NCBI GenBank assembly: GCA_020137815.1
Contig: CM035362.1
Span: 2,294,001-2,358,000 of the forward strand
DNA: 64,000 nucleotides
Direction: 5' to 3'
From: Hormiphora californensis
Taxonomy: Eukaryota; Animalia; Ctenophora
Shown: one piece after another, positions 16,390 through 31,900 of the stretch
Layout: each line of letters starts with the position of its first letter
How positions within the stretch are numbered: the first letter of the stretch is position 1
Position numbers and translations under genes: made by a program
The notes under the pieces: generated by a model
The model's database searches: none
What the model saw: the letters and a program-made list of their open reading frames with translations, nothing else
Told to the model about the DNA's origin: nothing

Positions 16390-17020
16390 ATCAGTTAAAT
16401 TGGGCAGTAGCCCTCCCTGATTTGCACTAACACGATGAAGATTTGGAACTTCGAATGGCATAAAAACTTGCTAGTTTTTGTATAAAACGAAAACTCTCTA
16501 CTTTTGGAATAGCACAAATCCTTGCTAGTACAACTCTAAATTAAGTTTCACCTCAATCAGTCGGTTTAGAGGTTCCAGCTTGATGCACGTGACACGTCAC
16601 GTGAACGATGGTTAGTTTGATGAAGGAGCAGCACCAATACAAGTTGAGTCGTGTCTGCTTAGGTTACTCGAGAGAGTTAGGAGGGGTATTCTAGACCAGT
16701 GACATTTCGCTATAAAAAGATGGAAAGTCAACATCATTGTTCAATAAAACCAAACATTGTTCTGAGCAAATTTACAATCTATGAAACATAATAATACTGC
16801 TTAATACCGTCATACTAGTTAGTTAAGAAAATATGTCAGATCAGAAACTGAACCCGCAGTTACTCATATAATATTGTCAGTAATAACACCTCTGGTACTT
16901 ATGAAGTCATGAAGTCCAAAATACAGTCGTTGGGATGATGTCATGAAGTGATTACTTGTTCGACCCTGTTTCAACAATTAGTGATTAGAAATAGCATAGT
17001 TTAATCTCAGATTACAGATG

Positions 17021-18128
17021 CTATTTCTTCTGTCGATTGACAACACCAGCTAATATCTCATGATAATTTAACTTGTTCCTTTTACACACCCCCTGCAACG
17101 TCTTCTCGTAAACCTTATTCAACTTAGCAGACTCTTGAAGAGCATACTTCAAATCTTCGACTTCCTCAAAAAAGTTTTTATCAATCCCCCGCATTTCCGA
17201 CCTCAATTTCTCGTACTCGTATCTAACAGAGTCTCTTTCTGCGGTGAGTTTAAAGATCTCTTCCTTGTTTTGGTTTAGTTTCCGTTCTGTTTGTTCCTTG
17301 AATTTCTGAAGGGCGATGGTTGATTTGTGTTCCTTTTCCCGAGTTGTCCGGAGTGTTGCCTCTAGTTTTGAGTTGGCTATTGTTAGGTTTGAGATGGTTT
17401 CCGAGTTGGACGTGTTTGCTGCCAGCTCCTTTTCATATTTCCTGAGGGGTGAAGGGGTGAGTATGGATACTGGGACAGCGAGATCAGAGTAATTATACGA
17501 AATTGCTAATAATAATGATGCGAACATCGCTAAAAAATGCTACATAAAACCATAATGTTTGAACGATAAACAAAAGTAATGGATCACAAACCTAAGGAGG
17601 GCTGCGTGTGTTTGAAGAAGTTTCGAGGTATGTCTCTCTTCCTCAATCCGCTTCTCACAGAACGTCTGAGTTGCTACATCTGTCATTGTGCAACGAGCAT
17701 CTACTCGCCTGTAAAACGACAAATTAATTTTATTGAAACTTGAATTCAATCGAACAAGTTGCGGAGTTTTGATTTGTACAGAATATGTAAATAGATACGA
17801 TTCGATTACTGAGTAGCTCACACTGCATTTTCACAACATAACATCACGCTCTGTGACAGTTTTCCAGATCCTACCTTGCTGGTTCTGGTGAGGACGGAAG
17901 GGCTGCAGAGGAGACAACTGCGTTACCTTGCTTTATCAAATCATTATATCTTCCCTTTAATCGCTTGTACTTGGCCGTTATCCTCTCATTCTCTGACTGC
18001 ATCTGGGATATAAACGTGATGTTTAGTGACGGATCTAGTATTTAGTTTCAACATAATCAATCAATTATTTACTTGCTTCAACTTACATAAAGGCACGAGT
18101 GGACAGAGTGCAGTTCACCTGTCGCCAT
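17021..18128 (-). CDS. Short coiled-coil protein with a CEP290 C-terminus-like motif, 4 exons
   Basis: Exons join in frame (MATGELHSVHSCLY | MQSENERITAKYKRLK... | RVDARCTMTDVATQT...HAALL | RKYEKELAAN...). The protein is rich in heptads and ends in FFEEVEDLKY, like the CEP290 C-terminus (FFEEIEDLKY). Confidence 0.7.
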
Positions 18129-18393
18129 GGTTTAATCTAAATGTGAAAAGTTAAGTCAGGGGAGGGGTGGCTAAAAATGATTATTGGAGCTGCTGTACTA
18201 GGGGAGCTGCAGTACTAGGGGGCTAGCTGTCACAAAAGAGAGGCTAGCCAGTCATGTAACAACAAGGAAATAACAGATAGAGACAGACCATTCTCTCTTT
18301 ATACTGTTTGTAGCTGCTTCACTTTGTTTTTCTTGCAATAATACCACTTTGCCAAATTGGTCAAACTCATATCCTCTTTAGTTGCAATAGATA
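18129..18393. promoter_or_regulatory. Probable bidirectional promoter region
   Basis: Only 265 bp separate the divergent start codons of the coiled-coil gene and the tetraspanin. Confidence 0.4.
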
Positions 18394-19161
18394 ATGGGCG
18401 TCCACGTTGGTCACATTGGAAGTCAGATTAGTGAACGACGACTTGAAAAACGTTGGAGATGGGGCTTCACATTTTCATCAATCTTTTCTACAATCGCAGG
18501 ATGTGTCCTAATTGGTACTTCCCTGACACTCTACTCAGATGGCCGGTACCAGGAATACTTTGATGATGCCCAACACCCAATCATAGCTCTCCTCTTCCTG
18601 GTATCATGGTGTGGGGCGTTAGCTGGGTTTCTGGGGGTTTGTATCATAACCGTCAAGAGCTACAGTGTGTTCTACTCCATGAACATTTTACTGGGCCTGG
18701 TAACGATGGCGAAACTAGCAGCAGTGTGCTTCACCCTCGTTTACAGGATGAAAAGCATGCACGCAGTTGAGGATCAGTTGGAAGTGAGGGTAACCAACTA
18801 TTCCACCCACATCCAGGCTCAATGGGATTTGGATCAGTTGCAGATGAGTGACGAGTGTTGTGGGGTAAAGTCACCACTAGATTGGGCCAATGGGACCCTT
18901 GCTAAAGGTTGGACGACAACAGATCTTCCAGATTCTTGTTGCACAGTGGTCGTGGAGGGGTGCGGGAAAGGAAAGGCTAGTGCGGCAGTTTTGGAAGGAC
19001 TAGATAGAGCAATTCACGAGATAGGGTGCTATGACAGGTTGGCAGTCTGGATTGATGACCGAATGTGGCTTATAGCGATTGTTGCAGCTGTTACATCGGT
19101 TGGTGAAGGAGTCATGGTGTTCATATCACAGAAATGGATTCAGTTTATTGAGTTAGATTAA
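18394..19161 (+). CDS. Tetraspanin (intronless, 255 aa)
   Basis: Four hydrophobic helices; the large extracellular loop has CCG, P.SCC and GC before TM4. Confidence 0.9.
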   Translation: MGVHVGHIGSQISERRLEKRWRWGFTFSSIFSTIAGCVLIGTSLTLYSDGRYQEYFDDAQHPIIALLFLVSWCGALAGFLGVCIITVKSYSVFYSMNILLGLVTMAKLAAVCFTLVYRMKSMHAVEDQLEVRVTNYSTHIQAQWDLDQLQMSDECCGVKSPLDWANGTLAKGWTTTDLPDSCCTVVVEGCGKGKASAAVLEGLDRAIHEIGCYDRLAVWIDDRMWLIAIVAAVTSVGEGVMVFISQKWIQFIELD

Positions 19162-19389
19162 AATCTGTAGAACCCGGATTAGTTAAATTACAAAGCACGT
19201 CCTTACTCTCGGGAGACTTTCACTGTTATGTTTAGCATGTATGATGTACAATTCAGCCTTGATGATATTTGATCACGTCAAGGGTAACAAAAAACTGTAA
19301 TATATCCAATGAATAGTATTATGAATAATATTCATAGTACTATTAGAATGCATCTATGGCGAAGTCTCTATATCACTAGGAGCCTGGTT

Positions 19390-20450
19390 TATGGTGTGCA
19401 CTACCAAAAAAGAACCCTGCACTAAAATGGCTCTAACCACCAAAGTCCAAACCGTGTTGGCTATTCCAAACTCCAAAGTTTGTTATATAGGAAATGTCAA
19501 GCCTTAGTCCCAACCCAAACACCAGCCCTAAGTTCTATCCTAACCCGTCCCTATTTTAGCACTAACCCTTAAAAACCGTGAGTGCTGACAATCAAAACAC
19601 CCAGATTTTAACGTTTCCCAATTTTCAATCAGGGCACCGTTACGATCTGGGTGTTTGCTGGTTACAGGTGCGTGCTGCCAAAAAGTACTTAGTACCCTGC
19701 ACTAAAATGGCTCTAACCACCAAACCGCTCAACCGTTTCGGCTAATCTAAAGTTTATCTGATAGGAAAATTCGAACCCTAAGCCCAACTCAAACCCCAGC
19801 CCTTACCCTAACCCTACTTTAGCCCTAACCCTAAACCGTGACTGCTGACAATCCAAACACCCAAATTTTAAAGCTGGCTTGCCAAAAAAGTACACCAAAA
19901 ACCACTTAAACTCGGATTTTTTAGTCAAGTCTTTTTGACATTATTTCAAACGGGCATATCTCCGGTTCATGATGAGATAAAGACTTGAAATTTGGTTGGG
20001 AAGATCATGCCAAGTTCTTCATAACCTCTAAATTTCAAGTCTTTATCTTATCAGGAACTGGAGATATGCGCGTTTGAAATAACGTCAAAAATACCCCCGC
20101 CCCCTGTCCCTTCATTAAAAAATTCGACCATAGACAGACTTTTTTCAAACGGCTATGCCACGCAACCACATGGCCGATTTGAGTAAACGCCAAACGGTAT
20201 CTGATAGAGAATCGATAGCCCTAACCGATAACCCCAAACAAAACCCTAAGTCCTAACCCGACCCTAACAACAGCCATAACCCGTCTCGAACGCCAAAATC
20301 GATGAAAAAAGACACCCAGATGGCAGATTTTAACGTTTTCCAACCCGAACAGCCATCTTGAAATGGACCGCTAAATTTTGAAGTCGCGCGGCTCATGTGG
20401 CGCGCCAGCGTAGACAAATTTGCGCGGCTCACCAGTCTTTTGCTCGCGCA
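19390..20450. repeat. Unclassified repeat with a ~270-bp internal duplication, degenerate CCCTAA runs and a ~60-bp-arm hairpin
   Basis: ccctgcactaaaatggctctaaccaccaaa occurs at about 19415 and 19694. Inverted arms lie at about 19931-19992 and 20029-20091. cctaaccc motifs are scattered through it. Confidence 0.55.
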
Positions 20451-20721
20451 GCTCAGTTTTTTTGTGCCGATTTTTTTATTTTGTACTTTCACTTTTCATT
20501 TTTTAAATTCCCAAACTGATCCTGTAACTGTTACACACAGCGCTTTTCAACTGTTACAGTGTAACAGTTGAAAAGCGCTGTGTTTGCCAACTGTAACAGT
20601 TGACATTGTCAACTTGTACTTGACAGTTCGAAGCCCGAAGGCCTCCAGGGGTGAGGGGACACAGGATATTATTTCCCGTTTACCTGTTAAATCGATTATC
20701 TACAAACTCATTTCAGTAGCA

Positions 20722-23406
<2,685 letters not shown>

Positions 23407-24057
23407 AAAACTAATGAGTATGAACCAGTATCCAAAAAAGAAATCTTTACTGTGAGAGTCAGCTCGTAGAAATGTATACTACTAATCTACACTAAAATTA
23501 TACCAAAGTATACCAGTTGGTAGATCGAGTGTTATTGATACTACTCAGAACTACTGCACAGCCCAGATGTTGTGGCGTCGCAACATTCAGGTTGTACTTC
23601 CCTTGTTGCCCTTCATGTACTGTACTGAGTAGTAGTGCAGTACATCTGTTAGTAGTTAACCCGGCATTGTTTACTCATTACTGTTTAGTCCTTACCACTA
23701 ATAAACACTTATTTGTCCTGTTTGGAGTTGGTGATAAATACGGTTATGTATGTAAGAACAAATAAAGGTTGAACTGATATTATATACCGGAGAGAATTTT
23801 GAATGGTTGGAAGTGTGTCTGTATATTTGGGTAATATTTGAGTGTTTGAGAGGTTTCAGAAATATCAGATCAGATGTGTGTTTTTGTATCAGAAAGTGTT
23901 ATACACGAGATATTTTATGTATAAATAGAACAGTAACTTTGTAAAATAAATAACTTACTTTATATTTGTTAAATCAACGTGTTTTACTTAAAGATTCTAC
24001 TCTGTAGACTCTCCTATTGTGTTTCTCTAACCTAACCCCATCTAATAAACAGACGTA

Positions 24058-27000
24058 ATGGTTGTTTTGACGAGTAACTTGGTTGCTGCTGCTCCCTCAG
24101 GAGCTGCCAGAAAGAAGCATCCTGGAAAAGCAGTCCTTGCAGGTACAGTGTTGTTATCTTCTAACCCTCCTTTACATTTGCGGTTGTTATGTTCTAACCC
24201 TCCTTAACAATATATTAACATTTACTGAGAGCCGGGAGAGAAGGCCGAACAAGGCAACTTGTTATTATCATTTCGAGAGGATTTTCTAGGATTCGCCACC
24301 AAGTATTTTGTGGACCCTTCAAAAACTACCATTGTTCAGGTGGTTTTGCTGGAGGTCTCGAGATTCTCTGTACCTTTCCTACTGAGTATGTGAAGACCCA
24401 GCTACAGCTTGATTCTCGTGCTGCTACACCCCGTTACACTGGTACGTGTGTTTTTTAAAACTACTCTTGTTTTTTAATACCTAAAATAATTAAACAATCA
24501 TTCAATAATTATAAGATCCTGAAGTAATCCATACCTGCAGGTACGTTACAGTTCTTTCCAACTCCTTCTTTTTCACATTCTCTCGCTTCCTAAACACCCG
24601 TCTGCTCATGTATGCATGTTAGACGATCTTACATTTTTCCTTCTCTCTCATTCTTCTACTCTCAAATCTCCGGTGCGGGCAATTTATCTCACTAGAAAAT
24701 GCATTGTTTACCTATTCTAAATGTTGTCCCGATAAAAAAAGAACTGATCCTGTGAGAACGGTTTTGTTAACACCTACCTCTCCACAGGTATCGGTGATTG
24801 TATTACCAAGACTTTTAAAACTCATGGAATGGGTGGGTTCTACCGTGGCCTCTCATCTCTCCTCTACGGATCCATCCCTAAAGCTTCTGTCAGGTGAGAT
24901 GCAACACCCAAACTGGGATATAACTTTTTATGTTCTAACCCTCCTTTACATTTGTAAAAAAGGGGGTCGAGCTAGTCAAGATATTATATACGCGGGTCTA
25001 AAAGTTGGGCTTGTAATGGGGTTCGAGTGGGATTTGGATCATCCCACTAGTCACTACGTTGTGATTGTGATATGGGGAATTTAACTCTGGTATGCAGGAT
25101 TTCAGTCCCACTGCTTAAATCATGTTATGGTAACTAAACAAGCAATACTGTTTGGTCTGCGTTTATGATCTTCTATCACGTAATGCATCTTGAGTCACGT
25201 GACCTAAACCGTGTATCTCCCACGTACAAATGCAAACTTCATTGACGGAGGGCGCGGGGTAACGAATGTAGCGAGTGTGGCGCGTTGGTGGGACGCGCGC
25301 GCAATGAGGTGGTCATCTTCTGGCGTGGGAATCTTCTGATTCTGTGGGCGGGGTGTTTGAAACGGCTTCTTCTGTTTCCTGTGATAAGTGTTATCAGACG
25401 CGGGTGAAGGAACCTAAATATGCAACATTTTGTAATATATTTCATGCAAGACACAAACATGCATGTGCAATATGTGCACAATTCAACATGATGGGGGCAT
25501 CAGCCATCACAAGCATTGCATTCTTTCTGAACATGCGTGCGAGAACACAAGTCATGTTGAACTGGAAGAGAAAGAAAATGACAGGAAGGTTTGAATAAAA
25601 GAGTCTTTCGTTATTCAATGAGATTTGGGGACTGTCAGGCCAATTGTCTGACCACAGTTCTCGCGCGAAACGAGAATGGGTCAGTGCTCTGACAGTTTGA
25701 GGACGAATAAAGTATGCCAGAAAACTGAAAAAGTTCTTGGTTTCACCAGCATGAGTCAGTTAACCCAATCTTCTTTTCTCCAGGTTCATGGGATACGAGG
25801 CACTAAGGAACAAGATGGTGGATAAGGATGGAAAACTAACTCAAACCAAAACTGTCCTCTGTGGTCTAGGTAAAACAGTCATTCCAGTGTGCTTTCAAAC
25901 CAGTATCTTCTCTCAATTCTAAATTGGTCACCAAATTGGTCACCACAACAGTAATTATGACATCAATTGAACAATTATAATCACGACATATCAATTACGT
26001 TTGTCAACAACCCCAATTATTAAACCCCCGCCTCCCCCCAGCAATCTAATAACCCCTCTCTCTATCAGGTGCTGGTGTATCCGAAGCGATCCTTGTTGTA
26101 TGTCCTATGGAGACAATCAAGGTGAAATTTATCCACGACCAAAACCAGGCTAATCCTAAATACAGGGGATTCGTTCATGGTGTTCGAGAAATCGTTAAAC
26201 AAGAAGGTATGTTTTTGGAGGGGGCTTCTTCATGCAGATCTTATCCATATCGGGGCGGTTCTGATCTAGTTTGCATGCGAGATATCGGTCAGATAATCTC
26301 GATCGGCCAATCACTATGGATCTCAAAGGGTTAATGTCTATCTGATATCATCCCATTTCTTGAATTGTTCATTCACGGACACAGTGTCAAGCTACTGAAC
26401 CCATTTCCAGGTATTCGTGGTACCTACCAGGGGCTCACTGCCACCATTCTAAAACAGGGATCTAACCAGGCAATCAGGTTCTTTACCTTTAACAACCTCA
26501 AGGAATATTTCCAGGTAAGTAGGGCTGTTGGAATTTGTTCATACTAGAGCGTTTCAGAAATAACTTCGTGTCGCGATATTTCGGGTTTGGTAAGAGATAG
26601 AGACTTCTACCTAGTTTTATCCCGTTCATTGGACAATTCTCTTCCTAGAAACATGTTCTGAATTATATATGACAACCTCAAGTACTCGAAATTTGGTTCA
26701 TTGACACCGTAAGTCGTGCTGCCGCTGCACGGGGCTACCAACTTTTTCTAAACGCCACTGGAAGAAATCGGGTAAAGATTTTTGACTTCCTGTAGTGCTC
26801 AATCGATAGCAAATCGTCTAAGGATGAGATATATATGTGATTTGGGTCTCGACGCGTTGACTAAAAACATTTAGAACAGTAGATGTAACATGAAAAAACG
26901 AAAAATTGCAAAATTTGACCTCAATTTTTGGCTTGTTTTAGGGGTGTGTTCGAAAACGTCAATTTTTGACTTCAATAAGCCGACGAAGCGAATAATTGAC

Positions 27001-28089
27001 TTCATATTGGCTTAGAGCTTACTTAGAACTATCTTTTGCTGCCAAGATATCGGTTATACGCCAGTCCTATAAAACGTGAAGAGACCCGGAAGTGAAAATT
27101 TCAAAATTTTGCCAAAGCTTTTCAAAGGTCCATTGCTCAGCAACGAATGAAGCTAGGACCTTCTATTACATCTTGAACGAAAGAGAATTGTCTAATGAAC
27201 AAGTATAATGCAATAAAATATCCCTTAGAACCCATTTTTGAGAAGTACAGCAGTTTCAGTACTATTCGCGTTTTTCCCGTGCAGCGGCAATTTGGGTAAC
27301 TTATATTTCCGGGTTCGCCGAGAGCCAACCCTGATCGAATTTGTCAAAATGACCATTGTTGTGTGTAGTCAAGAGGTCAAATAACATGCTAGAAAAGGTT
27401 TCGTGTAGATATCTTTTAGACTTTTGGAGATATCGGGACACGAAGTTATTTCTGAAACGCTCTAATATTTTTCTGTCGCCAGCTCTTTGGAGTATGGATT
27501 TAGGAGATGTTGGGACTTGTAAGGAGTCAGTGCTACGATTTGGTGTCAGTACAATATGATCCATCCAACCATCACCCACCCCTAGGACGGTGACAATACA
27601 AAAGATATTGGTGTTGCCAAGACATTCCTGTGTGGTGGTGTTGCTGGAGCTGCCTCTGTGTTTGGTAACACCCCTCTAGATGTGGTGAAAACTAGGATGC
27701 AGGGTCTGGATAGACATCTTTACAAGAACACTTTCCATTGTGCCCAGATGGTCCTCAAACACGATGGACCTAAAGGGTGAGTGATAGTTATGATAGTTTC
27801 AAATCTTAATTATAGTTTGATAATTCCTTTTATCATGATTATAATTTCCATATTTCTGAATCCTCTCAAACCTTAACCTCCCCCCTTCCCCTAGCTTCTA
27901 CAAGAATTAATATCGTTTCGTTTTATTTAGCATTATTTCTGACACGTCTTACCCCCCCCCCCCCCCCCCCCCAGTTTCTACAAGGGAACAGTGCCCCGGC
28001 TGGGACGTGTTGTGTTTGATGTTGCCTTCGTCTTCACCATCTACGAGCAGACAATGAAGGTCCTCGATTATGTCTGGAAGACCGACTAA
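24058..28089 (+). CDS. SLC25A1: Mitochondrial citrate (tricarboxylate) carrier, 8 exons
   Basis: [82 protein letters not shown] and [12 protein letters not shown]; three carrier signatures; TAA at 28087-28089. Confidence 0.96.
26547..27462. mobile_element. Non-autonomous TIR element (~916 bp), TA-flanked, in an SLC25A1 intron
   Basis: ta|GAGCGTTTCAGAAATAACTTCGTGTCGCGATAT ... ATATCGGGACACGAAGTTATTTCTGAAACGCTC|ta. Confidence 0.8.
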
Positions 28090-28276
28090 GAAGAGACGAA
28101 TCACAACATGAGAGGGGAAGGGAGATTGGATAAATGGTCTTACTTTTTTAGGGCAATGACCTTGAGAGTATGAACACTTTTTGAAATGCGATTGGTACGA
28201 GATATTATAAACATTGTATTACGAGTGTGTTGTAGTTCCCTTTGTTGTCTGGTTCGTGTGCCGTGTGTCTGTCCTC

Positions 28277-28380
28277 CTGTCAGGCCAATGCTCTGACCAC
28301 AGTTCTCGCGCGCTCCGCGTGCAGAACAGAGAGAGAGCGAGAATGGGAAGCGAGAATGGGTCAGGCCAATGCTCTGACAG
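28277..28380. repeat. Short dispersed repeat family (copies about 25632-25694, 46199-46237, 59325-59363)
   Basis: Shared tgtcaggccaatgctctgaccacagttctcgcgcg and CTGTCAG...CTGACAG termini. Confidence 0.65.
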
Positions 28381-28967
28381 CTGTCCTCTTGGTTGATCCA
28401 AGAGATATCTTAGTAATTTATGTTTTTTAGTTAGGGGTAGAGGCCTTCTTTTTAGTTCACGTTTGTTTTGACGTCTTAAACATTGATTTTCTTTTTTCGG
28501 ATTGGATTTGAATCTGGTAATTTAAATCCGGCCAATTACAAATGACGTGAGTTTGAAACAGGGTGGTTGAATGTGTGTTTGTGGACAAGTTGATATTGTT
28601 TAGTATAACTATTGAAAAAATGTGAAAAAGGGTGTTTTATTTTTTGAGCAAGTCCAAAACTGAAAGTTACGAACGAAACGTAACGCGCGATCAGTTCGAC
28701 AATAATTTGCAGTGGTGTACGCGCACGCGCGGCAAAGATTTATACTTGAAAATTTCAGAATTTAAAATTTCCCTCCAAAAAATTTACAAACTTTTCTTGA
28801 GACAAAAAAATTGCGTGACACGTTCGAACGCGTGACAGGGACACTTTCACAACTGATATTCACCATTAGTAACACTGAAAAGGACTCGAAAGACGGTGAT
28901 GAGTCCATTTCTTCCTTTGATCTGCGAGACAACTTTGGTTCGGTGGCGGTGCCCCCAGCCACAGTGA

Positions 28968-31900
28968 ATGGAGAACGTAGTGTGCGCAGAACCAAGTACC
29001 ATGCCTGTTTGTTACGATTTTCTGGAAACCCAAGAGGTAACGATTTGTACTTGTTTCCCAGCCTAGGGGTCTAGATCTAACTTAGGCACTAGGTTCTAGA
29101 AATCACATAGAAACGCTGAAACGGGAAAGGTACACCACTTTTCCGAGCACAACTTGCAGAAGGATCGATGATTTATCGATAACTTTAAATAAAAGAGTAC
29201 AGTTTGATAATTGTATCGTGTTCATTGGTTTGATATATCTCGCACCTCTGTGCCATACAATCACTTATCCCGTTTTAGTAGTATCGATCGATAACAATTT
29301 TAAAACTATCTTTACCAACAATTTCTCTCTCCCCGTCCCAGGTTCAATACGTTCGAGATTTCAATAAAGTAGGTGGGAGAGCAGACATCGTTGCCTTAAC
29401 TATTGGCAAGGTTCGTACTTCAAACTTTTCAACACTACTTTAAACAAATTAATTTGAGGTAGATATGGTGATGTGACAGCCCCTATGGGCAGACCGTACG
29501 ATATGACAGTTATTCCAGTACGTCAAGAGGAGCTGACTCAGGCTGATTTGGATTGGTATGCGAGCCGGATCCTGACCATGGTCAAGTATGCAGGGATTCC
29601 TTCACCGGATTTAACCAGAAAGTTAGGGAGTAGCCCTGAGGATATCAGGGAAATACCGACATCTTTCAATATCCACTCATCCCACACGAAACGTGATTTG
29701 GCATCTGTATTAGAAGATGTATTTATGTCGACCTTGCCACTTCTGAAGTACTTCCAACATCGTTTCAACGTCGAGAAGTCGCCTGAGTTGGAATTAAAGG
29801 AAGAAAGAGATGAACTGTTGAGAAAGAGTTTGGAGTTGCAGAAAAAAGAGGAGATATTGAGAGTTGAGAGGGACGACCTGTTGAGAAAGACTATTAGGTT
29901 ACAAGAGCAGGTCATTGAGCTTCAGGACACTCAACTACATCGAGTAACCGAAACAGTACAGAAAGATCTGCGCTCTTTCTCAACTGTCTTGACGCAGAAT
30001 TGTAGGTCTGCTCTTGCACCGAAAAATATCAAGAAAGATGAAGGGAAAGCTCATGGCAAAAAAGTTGATTCGAGTCCAGATCCAGACAGATCCAAAAATC
30101 TGATGGTGTTTGGTCTACCGGAAGTTGAGGCGGAATCTGAATCTGTGTTGAAATGTGAGATAGAGAATGTTTTGGCTGAGCTTGATGAGAAACCTATTGT
30201 TGTAGCTAAAAGGGTGGGTTTGAAACGGGAAGGAAGGGAGAGACCCGTGATCGTGAAGCTACAGAGTAGAGAAATGCTGCTGAGCCTTCTCCAGAAGGCT
30301 AGGCAGTTGAAACAGTCCGAATCGTACTGCGGTGTATACTTGTCAAGAGATATGTCACTCGCAGAGAGAACGGAGAGGAGGGAACTCCACCTTACATTGA
30401 AGGAGTTAAGGGAATCGAATCCCGAAAGACAATTTCGGATACGGAAAGGAGCGATAAACTTTTCATAGACTATCTTTATAAACTGGACTCTTAAATGGAC
30501 TCATATCTTTGATCAACCGTTTTTTGCCCACAAAAAGGGGCTGATAATTTTATACATCAAACTGTGTAAATTATTATATAGATTTAATAAATAAATAATA
30601 ATCGTACTACAGCTTTATTCCATTTTCCATGATGGGCTTACACAATTTAACAAACAGTAAAACTAACTGGCGGTATGCTTTAAAGGGGATTACAGAAACT
30701 TTTTTTTCAGGATGCAGCGATCGGTAAACCTTTAAATGACACTGAGAGGCGATTCTACGAGACGGCAGCCCAGAACCTGCCACGACCTCTTCACGAGTTT
30801 ATCCCCCAATACCGTGGAGTTGTCTTTATACACGATGGAAAGATCAGGAGGACAGACAAGGAGGGGGCTCAAAAAGAAAAGAAAAAAGACGCCTGTTATC
30901 TTGTTCTAGAGGATATAACTTTCAAGTTTTCCCGGCCGAGTATCCTTGATTTGAAAATGGGAACAAGACAGTACAGTGATACGATGAACAGTGATAAAAT
31001 AGCAAGGAAGAAACAGAGGACTCTTGAAACTACCAGTCATACAATGGGACTCCGTTTAGCTGCTGTCAAGGTACTAAATATATACCAGGTACTAAATATA
31101 TATACCAGGTACTAAATATATACCATTCATAGCATATTCAACCACGGCCATTATAAGGCCTGATTATCGCCGATAATCTAGGATTATCGGTGCTGGTATC
31201 ACTAAGTGATTGGCCCTCGTGCGTAGGGTCCCCGAAATGAATATTTGTACACGGCCTGTTTCAATTTTTCGGTCCTATTTTTATCTGCCAGGGCCTATTT
31301 CAATTTGTCAGGGCATATTTTAATCTTTCAGGGCCTATTTCAATTTTTCAGGGCCTATTTTAATCTGTCAGGGCCTATTTCAATTTTTCAGGGCCTACTT
31401 CGATTTCTCTTTTTTAGTAGATCTCGTAGCCAGCAATCTGTAATATTTCTCAATCCAATGAAGCTGGAATATTTTAAAACGAAATGTTTGTTTTCTGAGG
31501 AAAGCATATTTTCTTCTCTAATCTCCCCTCTCTCTCTCATCTCTTCTACAGTCTTCTCTCTCCCTATCTCCCTCTGAAGTTGCCAAACATAATTACAACC
31601 TGACGGTGTGTCTCCTGCGATAAGCGTTTCTCCTGCATTTTTGCAGTGTATATATACGCATCCTGTAAGAGACGAATGTTTTAACTCGTGCGTTGCAGTA
31701 CTGGCTACTGCATATATTGGGTTGAAAATATACTTTGGCCCACAACAATTTTTAGAACAGTAACTTGAATTAACAGCTAGGTTCCCAGGCAATTATATTT
31801 ACAAAAAACATGTGATTTTGGGAAGGTCCCACGGTCCTCCCTCTCATTCTAATCTCATATCCTGTCAGAATCTCTCTCCCCTGGGCCTTTCAAAATAACA

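Noticed and set aside
29420-29520. A true SL RNA gene
   Set aside because: The leader appears 5'-clipped, no U-rich Sm site follows the GT, and it sits inside a TSD-bounded insertion with an ORF and tail.
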